A stretch of DNA of 64,000 nucleotides from a virus (lineage: Duplodnaviria; Caudoviricetes). Positions within the stretch are counted from its first letter, which is position 1; every line of letters begins with the position of its first letter. Both the position numbers and the translations under genes were made by a program. The notes beneath the pieces are model-generated. The model ran no database searches. It worked only from the letters and a program-made list of their open reading frames with translations, and had not been told where the DNA came from. Where the stretch lies: IMG/VR virus record IMGVR_UViG_3300036985_003045; one strand, written 5' to 3'. Shown in pieces: positions 38,433 through 50,388 of the stretch.

Positions 38433-38459
38433 AGTATGTTCTCAGTAATTATCATATAG

Positions 38460-38467
38460 TATTTATA
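38460..38467 (-). promoter_or_regulatory. late promoter TATAAATA
   Basis: Exact consensus. Confidence 0.75.
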
Positions 38468-38471
38468 AGTT

Positions 38472-38804
38472 TTAAATATGTGGTTTTGGATACAAATCTT
38501 TTATTGCTTTAATATTTTCTTTCCAAACATCAAAACCTTGGTTATAAAGAACATCCAATTGTTCTGCAATTGTCGGATAATTTTCTTTTCTTAACTTTTT
38601 ATATTTATTAAATTCATATTCATCTTGCAATCTTTGAATTTCATCATCAACTTGTTTTTTAGTTGGCTTCTTTTGGGTAGTATCCGACCATTCTATATTT
38701 TCATATGTTTGGTCTCCAGTAATAGACCAAATTGCACCTGGTCTTAGTATTTGAAGTACATGAGTAACATCAAATACTTCAATTAGATCGTGTTTGTATA
38801 TCAT
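38472..38804 (-). CDS. XkdW-like tail fibre assembly protein
   Basis: LRPGA.WS..G...IEW......PT...YP.IAEQLD.LY...IK..YPK. Confidence 0.7.
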   Translation of the reverse strand: MIYKHDLIEVFDVTHVLQILRPGAIWSITGDQTYENIEWSDTTQKKPTKKQVDDEIQRLQDEYEFNKYKKLRKENYPTIAEQLDVLYNQGFDVWKENIKAIKDLYPKPHI

Positions 38805-40792
38805 TAATAGATTTCCTGTAAAAGAACTGTACTAGTTGCTACTTCATAATTATTCTGACCGGATGCAGTTATTGATCTATTCAAATAAAATGTCCGTGAA
38901 GCTACTCCTGCCGATTGTATCATTAATTTATATATAAGTGCATAACCAGAGGCACAATTAGGACTATCCATATACATATAATGATTAGTTCGTGGGGTTG
39001 AGTCATTATCATTATCATATCCTGGTAACCAAATACCTGACCAATAACCTGTATCTGTCGTATTTCTTCCAATTTCTACATCAGCACCGCCAGCAATTTC
39101 TCTAAATAATCTAAAAACTGTATCATGATGTACTTCAAATGAAATATTAAATTGAACTAATATTTTACTTGATGCATAAGAAGTTGTTATAGCAGTGTTT
39201 AATACATTAATGATTGTTCCAAGATTACCAGCTGTTGCAAATACATAAGTTGCTTTAGTATCAACTTTATTAGATACTGTTTGTACAACCATCCCGGTAG
39301 CTTTTGCTGAATACCAATTAGTTCCATCAGATCTTAATATTCTTTTAGTAGCACCAGGAGCAATAGTACCTATGCTATTTGCACCATTACCAACTATTAA
39401 TCCATTATCTAAAATACTTGTTAGTCCAGTTCCACCTTTAGTTACCGGTAATGTACCTATAGTATCTGGTGAGGCTATATCAAGAACATCCCAAGAAGCA
39501 GTAGTACCATTAGTTTTTAAATATCTACCTGAAAATGTAGTCTGAGGAGGTACATATGATGGAGTTATATATGTTAATGCTGTTCCAGTTGATGTTAATA
39601 CTTGTCCATTTGTACCTATAGTAGTTCTTCCAGTTCCACCATCACCTGTAGTTAATGCAGTTACTAATGAAATACTTGTCGCGCTTATAGTAGTTACACC
39701 AATACTAGTAATACCGGATAATGATCCACCTGTAATTGAAATATTATTTGAATTCTGTGTAGCAATTGATCCTAATCCAAGAGAAGTTCTAGCAGTTGCT
39801 CCTGATTCTATTTGCCAAGTAGTACCTGTACCTACAATAAAACTTGATTCGGTAAATGCTAATGCTGCCAAAGTAGATAATTTAGCATTATAGGCTTGTA
39901 CATGTGTACCTATAACCAATCCTAAATTTATCTTAGCATCTGTAGAATTAGTAGCTCCTGTTCCACCTTGGCCAATAGCTAACTCAGTTCCTAATACTAA
40001 TTGAGGTATAGTTATGCTATAAGATCCACCACCATTTGAAAAAGTTAAATTTGAATTCAAGTGCCAAGTTTTATTTCCAGTACCACTATAGATATCACCA
40101 TCATTTAAATATAAACTATAATTTGTAAGACCATTTTTAGCAGAACCATACAAACCTATATTAGAACCACTTGCGTGAGTATCACTTGAATATCCTTTAA
40201 CTCCAATTGCTCTTCCTGAGGCACTACTTATATTTACATGAGCTTCACCTATTAAACCAATACCTGTACATCCTCCACTAGTATATCCTATACCATAAGC
40301 ACCTACGCCGTACGCTATAATATTAGCAGTTCCTGAAGGAGTTCCGGCATTAGCAATAGATAACGTAATTACATTTGTTCCAGTATTAATATTTGTTATG
40401 ATAGCTTCACTAGCTACTCCAGTTGCAGAAACAACTTGACCAATATATATTCCTGTTACATCACTAAGTGTAATAGTAGTTCCACCGGATGAACCTGCAA
40501 TAATAGTTTTAGCTAAAAAAGATCCTGTTTTCTCTGATACTAAACCAATATTATGTGATTCATTTTTTTGAATACCAGACGCAACATCTGAAAATACAGT
40601 TACTGAATTTGGAAATCTTGTAGAATTTGCCTGACTACCAATATATAAGTTTGTACCGCCTGTTTTTAATAGTCTTGTTTGTATATCAACATTTAAATTA
40701 ATAAAGTTATTATCAACTTCAGCATTAGTCAATGTTGAATTTTTGACCGTTGCACCTGTTCCTGCAATTGATCGAGTAGTTATAGCAGCCAT
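38804..40792 (-). CDS. tail fibre protein
   Basis: KNSTLTNAEVDNNF anchor motif, L....GGTG repeats, C-terminal VVQTV...SKILVQF domain. Confidence 0.8.
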   Translation of the reverse strand: MAAITTRSIAGTGATVKNSTLTNAEVDNNFINLNVDIQTRLLKTGGTNLYIGSQANSTRFPNSVTVFSDVASGIQKNESHNIGLVSEKTGSFLAKTIIAGSSGGTTITLSDVTGIYIGQVVSATGVASEAIITNINTGTNVITLSIANAGTPSGTANIIAYGVGAYGIGYTSGGCTGIGLIGEAHVNISSASGRAIGVKGYSSDTHASGSNIGLYGSAKNGLTNYSLYLNDGDIYSGTGNKTWHLNSNLTFSNGGGSYSITIPQLVLGTELAIGQGGTGATNSTDAKINLGLVIGTHVQAYNAKLSTLAALAFTESSFIVGTGTTWQIESGATARTSLGLGSIATQNSNNISITGGSLSGITSIGVTTISATSISLVTALTTGDGGTGRTTIGTNGQVLTSTGTALTYITPSYVPPQTTFSGRYLKTNGTTASWDVLDIASPDTIGTLPVTKGGTGLTSILDNGLIVGNGANSIGTIAPGATKRILRSDGTNWYSAKATGMVVQTVSNKVDTKATYVFATAGNLGTIINVLNTAITTSYASSKILVQFNISFEVHHDTVFRLFREIAGGADVEIGRNTTDTGYWSGIWLPGYDNDNDSTPRTNHYMYMDSPNCASGYALIYKLMIQSAGVASRTFYLNRSITASGQNNYEVATSTVLLQEIY

Positions 40793-40828
40793 TAATTTAT
40801 CCTGTTAACAGTATATTTGCTTATTTAC

Positions 40829-41068
40829 TTATTTATTATTTATTAATGTTAGTAACATTTGTTTTATATCACTAATATCATTTTTCAATACCTGTATTTC
40901 ATTATTTTGACGAGCAATCAAATCCCTTTGATATAATTCCAAATTTCTTTTATTCATAAATTCATTATAACCATTATCCGAAGTGTTAATTATAGCACGG
41001 GACTCTACATCCCGTACTAAATCACTATTTCCTGTTACTTTTAAATATTTCATATTATGCGCAAGCAA
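40829..41068 (-). CDS. conserved small coiled-coil protein
   Basis: LVRDVESRAIINT...LKNDISDIKQMLLTL; typically follows the VrlC-like gene. Confidence 0.65.
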   Translation of the reverse strand: MLAHNMKYLKVTGNSDLVRDVESRAIINTSDNGYNEFMNKRNLELYQRDLIARQNNEIQVLKNDISDIKQMLLTLINNK

Positions 41069-44000
41069 TAATTCTCAAATCTTTAATAGTTGGTACTGCA
41101 CATGTATTTGTAGATTGCATTACTAACTTAACAGTAACAGTATCAAATTGACCATTAGTTGAATGAATATTAACACTACCTTGAACAGTACTTTCATTAA
41201 CTACAGACATTGTCAATGTAGATTGACCTGCAGTTGCGCCAGTACCATTAACAATATTTGTAATAACTGCTGCAGTACCAACACCTATACCTGTTACTAA
41301 AGCTCCAACTGAAACTCCTGTAGTTGTTGGAATTACAATAGTACTTGCTCCAGATACTCCACTTATTGCATCAACCGTAATAATTTTATCAGTTTCTACA
41401 TTATAATGATAATCTGTATATGTGAAATCACCTAAATCATTTTTTATTACCGGTGTAGGAGGTTCTATTTTAATCCAATTTAAACCTTCAATATCACTTG
41501 ATTTTACTGCTTTATAATATACAAATACATCAGAACCTACAGGTACATTTGCAGCAAAATTTATTTTTAAAAATCCACAAACTTGATTAAGTATAATATT
41601 ATTAGAAACATATTTACTAATAGTTGAACTTCCTGCAGGAGTAATTTCATCTTTGAACATTATTCTATTAACTAATGTAGTTCCAACTACTGAAATTTGG
41701 CTTACAAAATCTTTACCAATTACAAACATTTTTCCTGTGATACCATCATCAGTAATATGAGTTACAAGCAATGTACCATTATTATATGATGAAGTTGTTC
41801 CTGCAATAGTAACATATGATCCAATAGCAACTGCTTTTATATTATCTCTAAATGTTGCATTTGTACTACTAATAGAAGCGTGTCCATATAGCGTATCTGA
41901 AACTTTAGGACTAAAAGTTAAACCAGTTCCAGTAAATACAGATACTTCATCAATTACAGCAACATTGGTAATACTTTCTGAAGGTTTATTAATTTTATTA
42001 GATACCAATATTGCACTAACCCTATGAGTATCAATAATAGGAGATAAATTATCTTTTGTAGTTTTCATTTCTGCTGTAATAGTTAAAGGTTTTATTCCAC
42101 CTAAACCAGCATTTGCTTCATTAACTTCAGATACTATCATCCTTGGAGTATTAAAATAATTTAAATCATTTGAAACACATGGAACTGATGCGGCATCTAA
42201 AACATAAGGTGTTTGAGAACCATCAACAGATTTTCCAGATGCAGTTCTAATTTTATAATTAATACTAGTTTCAGGGAAATTTAAATTAGCAAATGAAGGT
42301 TGAATAACATCATATTGGATATTTTTAGATAATACCCATTCTTCAGTTGTACCTGAAGGTCCAGCATATCCAGAAGATGTAGCATTACCTCCAGCAGTAA
42401 TTGTATATGAATCTGCATCGACATTTGATATGATTCTATCACCATTTAAATTAGCTGCGGTAATACCTTTTACAGTATTAACTATGCCACTAATTCTAAC
42501 TGTGCTTCCTGAAGGCATACCATGATCTTGGTTCCAGATTCTAACAAGAGAAGATGCATTTGTTGTTTGAAAAGGATATGCATCAACTGAATCCGTTGTA
42601 ATTTTAGTAGCTGGAATTACATCATTAATAAATTCAACAGTACCTAATGCAGTTACATCAAATTTAGCTCTGTATACTGTAAATTTCATATCTTGCGTAT
42701 CACACGGAGTCCATGATTGACCATTTTGTGATTTATACAATACACCTGCATAAGGTTGGTTGGTTACTGATTGAGAAGAATCTGGAATAGCATTACCCAT
42801 TTCAGAAATCCAAACTCTATAAAGAATAGAATCACTTAGTAATACAATTGCATAATCCGTTAAATTTTGTACATACACTGGAGTTTTAAAAGTAAATGTG
42901 GTAGGTGTATCATATTTTGGATATGGTATTGGTACAACACCCTCGCCTGTAACACTAACAATTGTTGAAGATAAATTAATTTTATCAGTCTCTAGTGTAA
43001 CTTCACTACCAGGTAAAATAGTTGCACCTGGATATCCATTAACTGTATTACGGATTTGGAGAGTCACAGAAAGGCTAGGATCTTTTTTAGCAAAGAATAT
43101 ATCTACTTTTGTTAAGAAACAACCTCCAGGTTGATCTTTAATTGTAAAGGTTTGAGCAAGAGGATCATACCAACCCGTGCCTGTAACAACCCGTTCAGAT
43201 GTTTCTGTAATAATCTGATTATCTTTTAAACGTTCTTGTACTAATATACCATTTCTTGTTGCAGTGTATGTTGCTTCCTTAGTTTGTAAAATTCCACTTG
43301 CTTCATATATATTACTGCCTCTAGAATCAAACGATCCTAGCGGAGTAGTAGTATCTTGAAGTTTAAATTCACGTTTACCTGTTCTAAATCTAACACTATC
43401 AGTATTAGGAATATCAAACAACAAACTAACACTACCATTAAAACTAGTTGTTAATGAACTACCTAATACTTTAACTGTAGGTGTAGATGTTAATGTACCA
43501 GTAGCAAGACTTATATTTCCTTTTACAGTATCGCCAGATAAGAATGTAGTACCTTTAATATTAACTACAAATATTGATTTATGTCCAGTATCTGGATTAT
43601 ATTCTATATCAACTATAACCGCTGTTGCAGGACATCCTGCAGAATCTGGTGTTTGATATGAAGTAGCACCTCTTTGTGATACAAATATAATATCACCTTT
43701 TGTTAAACAAACTTGTGTATCACCATTTATTCTACGTTGAGTCCCTGAAGAATCTCCACCAACATTAGAAGTATGATCAAATATTCCACTAACAGAAGTT
43801 CCAAGATTTAGTTTTGTGGCAGGAGTACAATATTTAGATATATCTATATTTTCAAAAAATGGATAAAATCGTGTTCCTGGTTTTAAAGCTTTTGCTTGAA
43901 TTAATACATTTCTAGATCTAATATATGGAATAACCGCAGTAGACACAATTCTGTCTTCTGTCAATTGAGTATCTACTCTAGCAACTAAGGTTGTATTAAC

Positions 44001-47000
44001 ACCTGTCCTAGATTGTCCTTTTGTAGTTGCAGTTGAAGTTGTAAGAGTATAAGAACCTGCATAAAGACTCCAATTACCACCTGTTGAAAAGTTTTCTCCT
44101 GTTAATCCTCGGGCTTGAGCTTGTTTAGCTAATTGTCCACCATAGGTATTAGTAATTACCGGTCTTCCAGACCATTGAGTTTGCCAAGCATTCCAAATAG
44201 TACCAAGAACGCCTGAATGTTCCGCTAATGCTTTAATAGTATTATAATTACCTTCAACATTATTAATAATATCCGGCTTACGGTTTATTTCAAACCAATC
44301 ATCTGATGATGGAGTTAATTCCATTTTGCCTAAGAAAGTAAAAATTGCAAATGGATTAATTCGTTCAGTTCTTGAACCTATAGTTTGTTCTGCAATTTTA
44401 ACATGATCTACTACAGGTAATGTTATAATATCACCATACATTTTATAACTGCTTGCCGTTCTAGCACCTTCAGTTTTATTTTTCTCAATTAAATTAATAT
44501 TTTGCATTGTATAAAATGGTCGCAATTGATTATTTTCTTGATCAATTGCACATAAGTAATCAGGTGAGAACGTATTACCTACACCATGACCATTGAAACT
44601 ATCTACAATAAATCCATTTTGGTATCTATCCAAACCTGAACTATCTGTTACTTTTAATGTAGTTGTTTCTTGTTCTAATAATGACAAAGCTGTATAATAT
44701 TCTAAATTTTCAATACGTTTTTCTAGTTTACCTATATCACGCATAGTATAGCGTTTATTTTCAGATTTTGTGAAAATAACATTATTAGTAGTAGTATCTA
44801 ATGTATACGGAGCAATAGTTAATGAATACAACTCCATACCAGTCGACAGAGCAATTGGTTGTAAAAGAGGTATATTTGGAGTACCTTTAACATTAACAAA
44901 ATTACCTGTATAATTAAGATAGATTTTATCTAATCTAGGCAAATAATAATCATAATCTATATTTACATCAACTGCTCTTTTTGGTAAAAATGTAGTAGAT
45001 GTCCATGAAGAACCATTATATGCTGGACGAAAATCAATAGCATCTCTTAATGGGAATCCATCAAATGATGTAATTTCATTATATGATACTCCTGTATATG
45101 ATTCAACAGTAAAATAATCTCCAGTACCATGTGCAAAATATTCAAAATATACTTGAACAGGAGCTGTAGGCGGAGAGAAAGATGATTTTAATGTTAAACG
45201 ACTATAATCATAATGAGTTTCCCTTTGACCATCATCAAAATCATATCTATCTGAAATATCTATATCATAACCACCACTAGGAGCAGCAAATGTACCTGAT
45301 TTCATGTTAATTGATAAAACTTTAAAAACATCAGCATACCCTAGATTTAAAATCGAGGCTTGTCCTGTCGCAGCTGTAGTATATGATGTTTGAGTAATAG
45401 TTGCAGTCTTAGTTCTTCTAGTTGAAGTCGAACCAGTTTTATTAACTGCGGCAGATAAAACTGCACTTTGGGTATTATATGCACTATCTACATATATTGT
45501 TACTTGTGTTCCTGCAACAGTTATACCGGTAATTGGAACAACTGCTGATGGTGTAGATAATAGGTAATTTTCATACGCTGCAGAAGAAGCAAATTCGCCA
45601 GTATCTGTAGTATCAAATGTTACTTGACCGGCAGTTATAGTTTTGGCAGCAAATCTTTCAAATACAGTATAATTAATATCAGATGAAGCTTTAATAAATG
45701 AATTTCGTAATGGGAAAATCAATCCTGAATTATTAGGTTCAACAATATCTGTAGACAATATTGAAAATACATTTCCCGTAAGAGCAGGCGAAAAAATTGA
45801 ATCAATAGTTAATGACACATTGGATGCAATTGCAGTAACGCGTCTAACTTGTGAGGCACTAGAAATATAATCACCAATTTTTAATGATGAAAGAAAGTTT
45901 GTTCCACTACCAGCAATAGTTGTTGTTGAACCAGATATTGTTCCTGGTAATTTTTTTAAAATAGGACTAATATTAGCTGCAAATCCAGATGTACCAAATG
46001 ATTTTGCATCTCCAGTTAAAGTTTTACCAACATTCATAACAATATCAAATACAAATAATTTGTATATTGTAGTTGTTTGATATACTAAACCATTATCCCA
46101 TTCAACACCTCTTACTTTGCAAGTACCGATTATAGAACCGGCCTTATCAAGTTGATCATAAATGTTTATAGTTGTATTAACTTTATAATCTGGTATACCT
46201 AATAATTTTGTAACAAGAATATAATTACCAACTGTGGTAGGTGTTTTAGCATTATTTACAGAATTATATGTTCTTGCTTTATCTACATCTACAAATTCTG
46301 TAGATGGTTTTTGAATTTTATATCCATGAACATACGCTTTACCTGCTTCCATACCAATAGCAAGTTTTGCTTCATTACCAAAATTAGCATATGAAAGTGC
46401 TGCAGCATTTATACCACTATCACTTGTTATAATAACATTGGGATTAGACGTATATCCTGAACCTTGATTAATAACATCAATACCAATTAATTCGCCTTCA
46501 CTATTAATTTTAGCTACGGCAGAAGCACCTGTACCATTACCACCTGAAAAACTAATAGCAGGAGCAGTTAAATATCCAGAACCTTGTTGTGTTACTTGTA
46601 TAGAAATTACAGAACCAAAGGAATCATATATACCTCTATTATAATTTGGCTTTGGTGTATATACCCATTGAACTCCAGTAGTTGTACCATCATATACTTT
46701 ACCTACAATATGAGTTGGTCCTGTTGCCCCTGCTGACGTGCCTGTATTTCTAGCGGTATACAATTTATCACTATTTAAAACAATATCACCTAATAAATAC
46801 AATCTACCAGTTACCCAACTACTTCTGTCATTATTTCTATGTTCACGAACATCTATTCCAAAGGGAATAACAGTATAGTCTCCAGATTCATCATAAGTTC
46901 TTTCTGCTAGTGATTTTTCTAATTGTGCATAATCTGTACCGCTTTTTATGCTTATTATTCTACCGTTAATAACACGACCTAACTCAATAAAATTAGAATC

Positions 47001-47756
47001 AGTAGTTGTACCAATAGGTAGTTTTGTTAAAACTAAATCTATACTATGCCTATGCGCACCAGGAGCAGCATAATTATAACTGTTTTGTGCATTATCTAAT
47101 AACGACTCATCTTCATATTCACTAGTGATAGTTTCATTAATAGTTAATCCAATTCTATAAGAAGGTATATTTGAATATTTGTCTAATATAACTGTTTGAC
47201 TATCTGCTAAAACAAAAGATCCATTAATGTAATATACACCTCTTGCTATAATACCGGCAGAACCCGTACCTACAGCATTTGTAGAGATAGATTGTACAGA
47301 ATATGTTTCATCTACAAGTGATATTACTTCAGCATTACCAAATGGAACAGAAGCTAAAGAAGTAGTATTAGATGTTATATACCGAACAAATAAAGTTGCT
47401 GGATCAGTATTATTATATTCAGTAGCATATACAACCTCTGCAGCAATACCACTTGTGGCACCTACAACTTGTTTACCTATAAAAGAAGCTATAAAATCAT
47501 TTACATTAACTCCACTATAGGTAGGATCTATTTTTACATAACTATATTTTGTGTCAATGGCAAATTCTCCAGGAATAACCATAGCGCCCTGCTTAAACAT
47601 ATGGTCGCCATGTCTTTTAACTTGAGTTTGGAGAATTGTTTGAAGTTGTGTTAATTCTCTTGCTTGAACAGGATATCCTGGACGAAACAATATTTTATAG
47701 AATTTTTTATCTTCATTATAATCGTCGTAGTACGGTTCTGTATTAAAATCTAACAT
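41055..47756 (-). CDS. large VrlC/DUF4815-like baseplate structural protein (2233 aa)
   Basis: PYYDDYNEDKKFYKILFRPGYPVQARELTQLQ, RTYDESGDY, YDPLAQTF. Confidence 0.88.
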   Translation of the reverse strand: MLDFNTEPYYDDYNEDKKFYKILFRPGYPVQARELTQLQTILQTQVKRHGDHMFKQGAMVIPGEFAIDTKYSYVKIDPTYSGVNVNDFIASFIGKQVVGATSGIAAEVVYATEYNNTDPATLFVRYITSNTTSLASVPFGNAEVISLVDETYSVQSISTNAVGTGSAGIIARGVYYINGSFVLADSQTVILDKYSNIPSYRIGLTINETITSEYEDESLLDNAQNSYNYAAPGAHRHSIDLVLTKLPIGTTTDSNFIELGRVINGRIISIKSGTDYAQLEKSLAERTYDESGDYTVIPFGIDVREHRNNDRSSWVTGRLYLLGDIVLNSDKLYTARNTGTSAGATGPTHIVGKVYDGTTTGVQWVYTPKPNYNRGIYDSFGSVISIQVTQQGSGYLTAPAISFSGGNGTGASAVAKINSEGELIGIDVINQGSGYTSNPNVIITSDSGINAAALSYANFGNEAKLAIGMEAGKAYVHGYKIQKPSTEFVDVDKARTYNSVNNAKTPTTVGNYILVTKLLGIPDYKVNTTINIYDQLDKAGSIIGTCKVRGVEWDNGLVYQTTTIYKLFVFDIVMNVGKTLTGDAKSFGTSGFAANISPILKKLPGTISGSTTTIAGSGTNFLSSLKIGDYISSASQVRRVTAIASNVSLTIDSIFSPALTGNVFSILSTDIVEPNNSGLIFPLRNSFIKASSDINYTVFERFAAKTITAGQVTFDTTDTGEFASSAAYENYLLSTPSAVVPITGITVAGTQVTIYVDSAYNTQSAVLSAAVNKTGSTSTRRTKTATITQTSYTTAATGQASILNLGYADVFKVLSINMKSGTFAAPSGGYDIDISDRYDFDDGQRETHYDYSRLTLKSSFSPPTAPVQVYFEYFAHGTGDYFTVESYTGVSYNEITSFDGFPLRDAIDFRPAYNGSSWTSTTFLPKRAVDVNIDYDYYLPRLDKIYLNYTGNFVNVKGTPNIPLLQPIALSTGMELYSLTIAPYTLDTTTNNVIFTKSENKRYTMRDIGKLEKRIENLEYYTALSLLEQETTTLKVTDSSGLDRYQNGFIVDSFNGHGVGNTFSPDYLCAIDQENNQLRPFYTMQNINLIEKNKTEGARTASSYKMYGDIITLPVVDHVKIAEQTIGSRTERINPFAIFTFLGKMELTPSSDDWFEINRKPDIINNVEGNYNTIKALAEHSGVLGTIWNAWQTQWSGRPVITNTYGGQLAKQAQARGLTGENFSTGGNWSLYAGSYTLTTSTATTKGQSRTGVNTTLVARVDTQLTEDRIVSTAVIPYIRSRNVLIQAKALKPGTRFYPFFENIDISKYCTPATKLNLGTSVSGIFDHTSNVGGDSSGTQRRINGDTQVCLTKGDIIFVSQRGATSYQTPDSAGCPATAVIVDIEYNPDTGHKSIFVVNIKGTTFLSGDTVKGNISLATGTLTSTPTVKVLGSSLTTSFNGSVSLLFDIPNTDSVRFRTGKREFKLQDTTTPLGSFDSRGSNIYEASGILQTKEATYTATRNGILVQERLKDNQIITETSERVVTGTGWYDPLAQTFTIKDQPGGCFLTKVDIFFAKKDPSLSVTLQIRNTVNGYPGATILPGSEVTLETDKINLSSTIVSVTGEGVVPIPYPKYDTPTTFTFKTPVYVQNLTDYAIVLLSDSILYRVWISEMGNAIPDSSQSVTNQPYAGVLYKSQNGQSWTPCDTQDMKFTVYRAKFDVTALGTVEFINDVIPATKITTDSVDAYPFQTTNASSLVRIWNQDHGMPSGSTVRISGIVNTVKGITAANLNGDRIISNVDADSYTITAGGNATSSGYAGPSGTTEEWVLSKNIQYDVIQPSFANLNFPETSINYKIRTASGKSVDGSQTPYVLDAASVPCVSNDLNYFNTPRMIVSEVNEANAGLGGIKPLTITAEMKTTKDNLSPIIDTHRVSAILVSNKINKPSESITNVAVIDEVSVFTGTGLTFSPKVSDTLYGHASISSTNATFRDNIKAVAIGSYVTIAGTTSSYNNGTLLVTHITDDGITGKMFVIGKDFVSQISVVGTTLVNRIMFKDEITPAGSSTISKYVSNNIILNQVCGFLKINFAANVPVGSDVFVYYKAVKSSDIEGLNWIKIEPPTPVIKNDLGDFTYTDYHYNVETDKIITVDAISGVSGASTIVIPTTTGVSVGALVTGIGVGTAAVITNIVNGTGATAGQSTLTMSVVNESTVQGSVNIHSTNGQFDTVTVKLVMQSTNTCAVPTIKDLRIIACA

Positions 47757-47796
47757 GATTCTCTCTTTGTCCTAAAGGTATTGTTATCATTATTTA

Positions 47797-50358
47797 TTAG
47801 AATCCAATTATTGTTCTAAGAGTAACTGTTTGTTGATCAGTAGGTGTAAATGCCTGTCTATTATCTATATACATTAAATCACCTGAATATTTATCAATAG
47901 TTGGTGGAGCAACATCAAGCATAGTAAATGTTTGTGTATTATTTGATACAAGGTACATAACTTTGCCAACATCCAATGTATAATTATCAAGTGATTGTAA
48001 TAACATTGCACTACCTGTATTTGTTACAATTCTAAATCTTGAATTAGTTGTAAATTCTGCAATTAAAGAATCTGCGGCAAATGTCGTAGTATTAGTATTA
48101 GCATAAACTACCCAACATGCGGTTTCAAATACAGTTGTTGCAATATACGTAGTACCATATCTATACATATTACGAATAATACCAATTTGTCTATAGTCAT
48201 TATTAACCGTAAACCCTTGGTTTTTATAGTTTGATATGTCACTAAAAAACATTAAACCACTTGCTTTTAATTCATTTAACGCGTTTTTACCATGACCTCC
48301 ATATGGAGGTATAATTACTCGAGCAGTAGCACCGGTACCAGTTCCAGATATAATAGCATTTGCCCAAGTATATCCATAACCTTGAGTTACTATATTTATT
48401 TTTGTAATTCTACCTGCAGTTACAGTTACTGTTGCAGTAGCGCCAGTACCATCTCCTATTATAGCAACAGTTGCTGAGGTATATCCATATCCACCTGAAA
48501 CTACCGGAATATTCATCAATTTACCAAACACAGTCAATAACTCTACATTTGCTTGTAGTGAATTAATATCACCAATTGATAATGAAGCAGTTAATTGTGC
48601 TCCTGTTCCATCACCTGATATATCTATAATAGCAACAGAATAACCAATTCCACCGTCAATAATTTGTGCACCAATAATTTGTCCACCACTTATTATAGGT
48701 ACTAATCTTGCTTTTGATATTGTAGTTGTTGCAGTTATTAAACCATTTACACCTGCTACATCACTAATAGTAATAATAGGGGATTTAGAATAACCTGCTC
48801 CACATTTCATAGTTATAGACGCAGTAGCAGCTATACCTGCATACGTTAGAGTTGCAGTTCCATTTGCGGCACTTCCACTTAAATGAGTTGGAGCAGTTGA
48901 ACTTGAGGTGCCACCAATAGTTACTGTGTATAATCTATTTGCATAAAATATTTGTTGGTTAGTTGTATATAATGTAGTTGCTGTCCATAAAGTACCAATA
49001 GTTACAGTAGGTACAGTTGTATATGATCCAATTCCGGTAACAACAACCATATTTAATGAACCATTTTGTATTACTGCGCTTGCAGTTCCTCCACCCGAAC
49101 CTGAAATAGTAACAGACGGTGTATTAGTATATCCAGATCCTATATTTGCAACATCAATAGTTGCAATATTTTTATTTAATGTAACTGTACTTAATTGACC
49201 TCCGCCATTTATTGTAACAGTTCCAGTAGCTAGTGCTCCAATAAATTGTAAAGCAGCAGTTCCATTTGATACTATACCACTAACATGTACTGGTCCTGAT
49301 GTAGTAAATGTTCCTGGTATAACTGATTTATAATAGTTATTATTATAATTTATTAATTGATCTAAAACTACATTTGCACCAGATACCCATGCAGTTGAAT
49401 TGCTAACTGGAGGTTCAATAGATATAGTTGGAGCAACATATCCAGATCCTACTTCTGTTATATTTGCACCTAAAACATACAATGGATCTGCTTCTAGATA
49501 ACCATCACCTATAACATTTAAAATTGCGCCGGTATATCCTGAACCTCTAGCATCAATTTTAATTATCTGTATATTACCTTTAGAATAAAATTGCTGCTGT
49601 AATGCCGTAAGAATAGGCATATGAGAATTTGTAAGAAATTTGCTTCTAAGAGAAATAGGAATATTGTATATAAATTTCCAAATATAACCATCATTTGTAG
49701 TTATTGTTTCTGCACTAGCACCATAAGGTTGCTGAGTAGATTGTGCTTCATTATTATTGTCAATGCACATATATACATTAAAATTATCTCCTAAAACATA
49801 ATAACTAGTATCTTCTAATCTTTGTATACCTTCTTGACTTTTAATAACAACTGCTGCGGCCGTTGCGCCACTGCCTAGTCCATCAAAAGTTACTACCGGT
49901 GTTTCAGTATATCCGTATCCTTTGCTTGTTAGTGTGATACTAGTAATTATACCGTCCAATACCGTTGCAGTTGCAGAAGCACCTTGACCTACTCCGGTTA
50001 TAATTATTGTAGGTGCTACAACATAATCACTTCCGCCTGAAATTAAATCAATTCCTTGAACTTCAGTAGAATATGAATCATCATATTGATCATAAATTGT
50101 GCCGGATATCCAATCTATTTTTGGTATTATATATGCAACATCATTTGGACTAATTGCTTTTAATGAAATAATTTCATTTCGTGTATCATGTTCATATGAT
50201 GCAGAATCTATAGGCAGGGGAGGATTATTTTCATCACCCCAAGATAAAGTTTTACCCAAAAAGTAATAATAATTTGACCCTTTTGTTATAACATCATTAT
50301 ATACACTATCAGCTACCGAATTGTGTAAACTTGACTTTATTAATGCTGTTTCTGCCAT
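47797..50358 (-). CDS. gp8: baseplate wedge protein gp8 with GxGY repeat insertions
   Basis: YYFLGK...W.SGTIYDQY...NVYMCIDNN...DGYIWKFIY...GDLMYIDNR. Confidence 0.88.
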   Translation of the reverse strand: MAETALIKSSLHNSVADSVYNDVITKGSNYYYFLGKTLSWGDENNPPLPIDSASYEHDTRNEIISLKAISPNDVAYIIPKIDWISGTIYDQYDDSYSTEVQGIDLISGGSDYVVAPTIIITGVGQGASATATVLDGIITSITLTSKGYGYTETPVVTFDGLGSGATAAAVVIKSQEGIQRLEDTSYYVLGDNFNVYMCIDNNNEAQSTQQPYGASAETITTNDGYIWKFIYNIPISLRSKFLTNSHMPILTALQQQFYSKGNIQIIKIDARGSGYTGAILNVIGDGYLEADPLYVLGANITEVGSGYVAPTISIEPPVSNSTAWVSGANVVLDQLINYNNNYYKSVIPGTFTTSGPVHVSGIVSNGTAALQFIGALATGTVTINGGGQLSTVTLNKNIATIDVANIGSGYTNTPSVTISGSGGGTASAVIQNGSLNMVVVTGIGSYTTVPTVTIGTLWTATTLYTTNQQIFYANRLYTVTIGGTSSSTAPTHLSGSAANGTATLTYAGIAATASITMKCGAGYSKSPIITISDVAGVNGLITATTTISKARLVPIISGGQIIGAQIIDGGIGYSVAIIDISGDGTGAQLTASLSIGDINSLQANVELLTVFGKLMNIPVVSGGYGYTSATVAIIGDGTGATATVTVTAGRITKINIVTQGYGYTWANAIISGTGTGATARVIIPPYGGHGKNALNELKASGLMFFSDISNYKNQGFTVNNDYRQIGIIRNMYRYGTTYIATTVFETACWVVYANTNTTTFAADSLIAEFTTNSRFRIVTNTGSAMLLQSLDNYTLDVGKVMYLVSNNTQTFTMLDVAPPTIDKYSGDLMYIDNRQAFTPTDQQTVTLRTIIGF

Positions 50359-50388
50359 TATTTTTCTCTTTTTGAGTAATTTTTATTA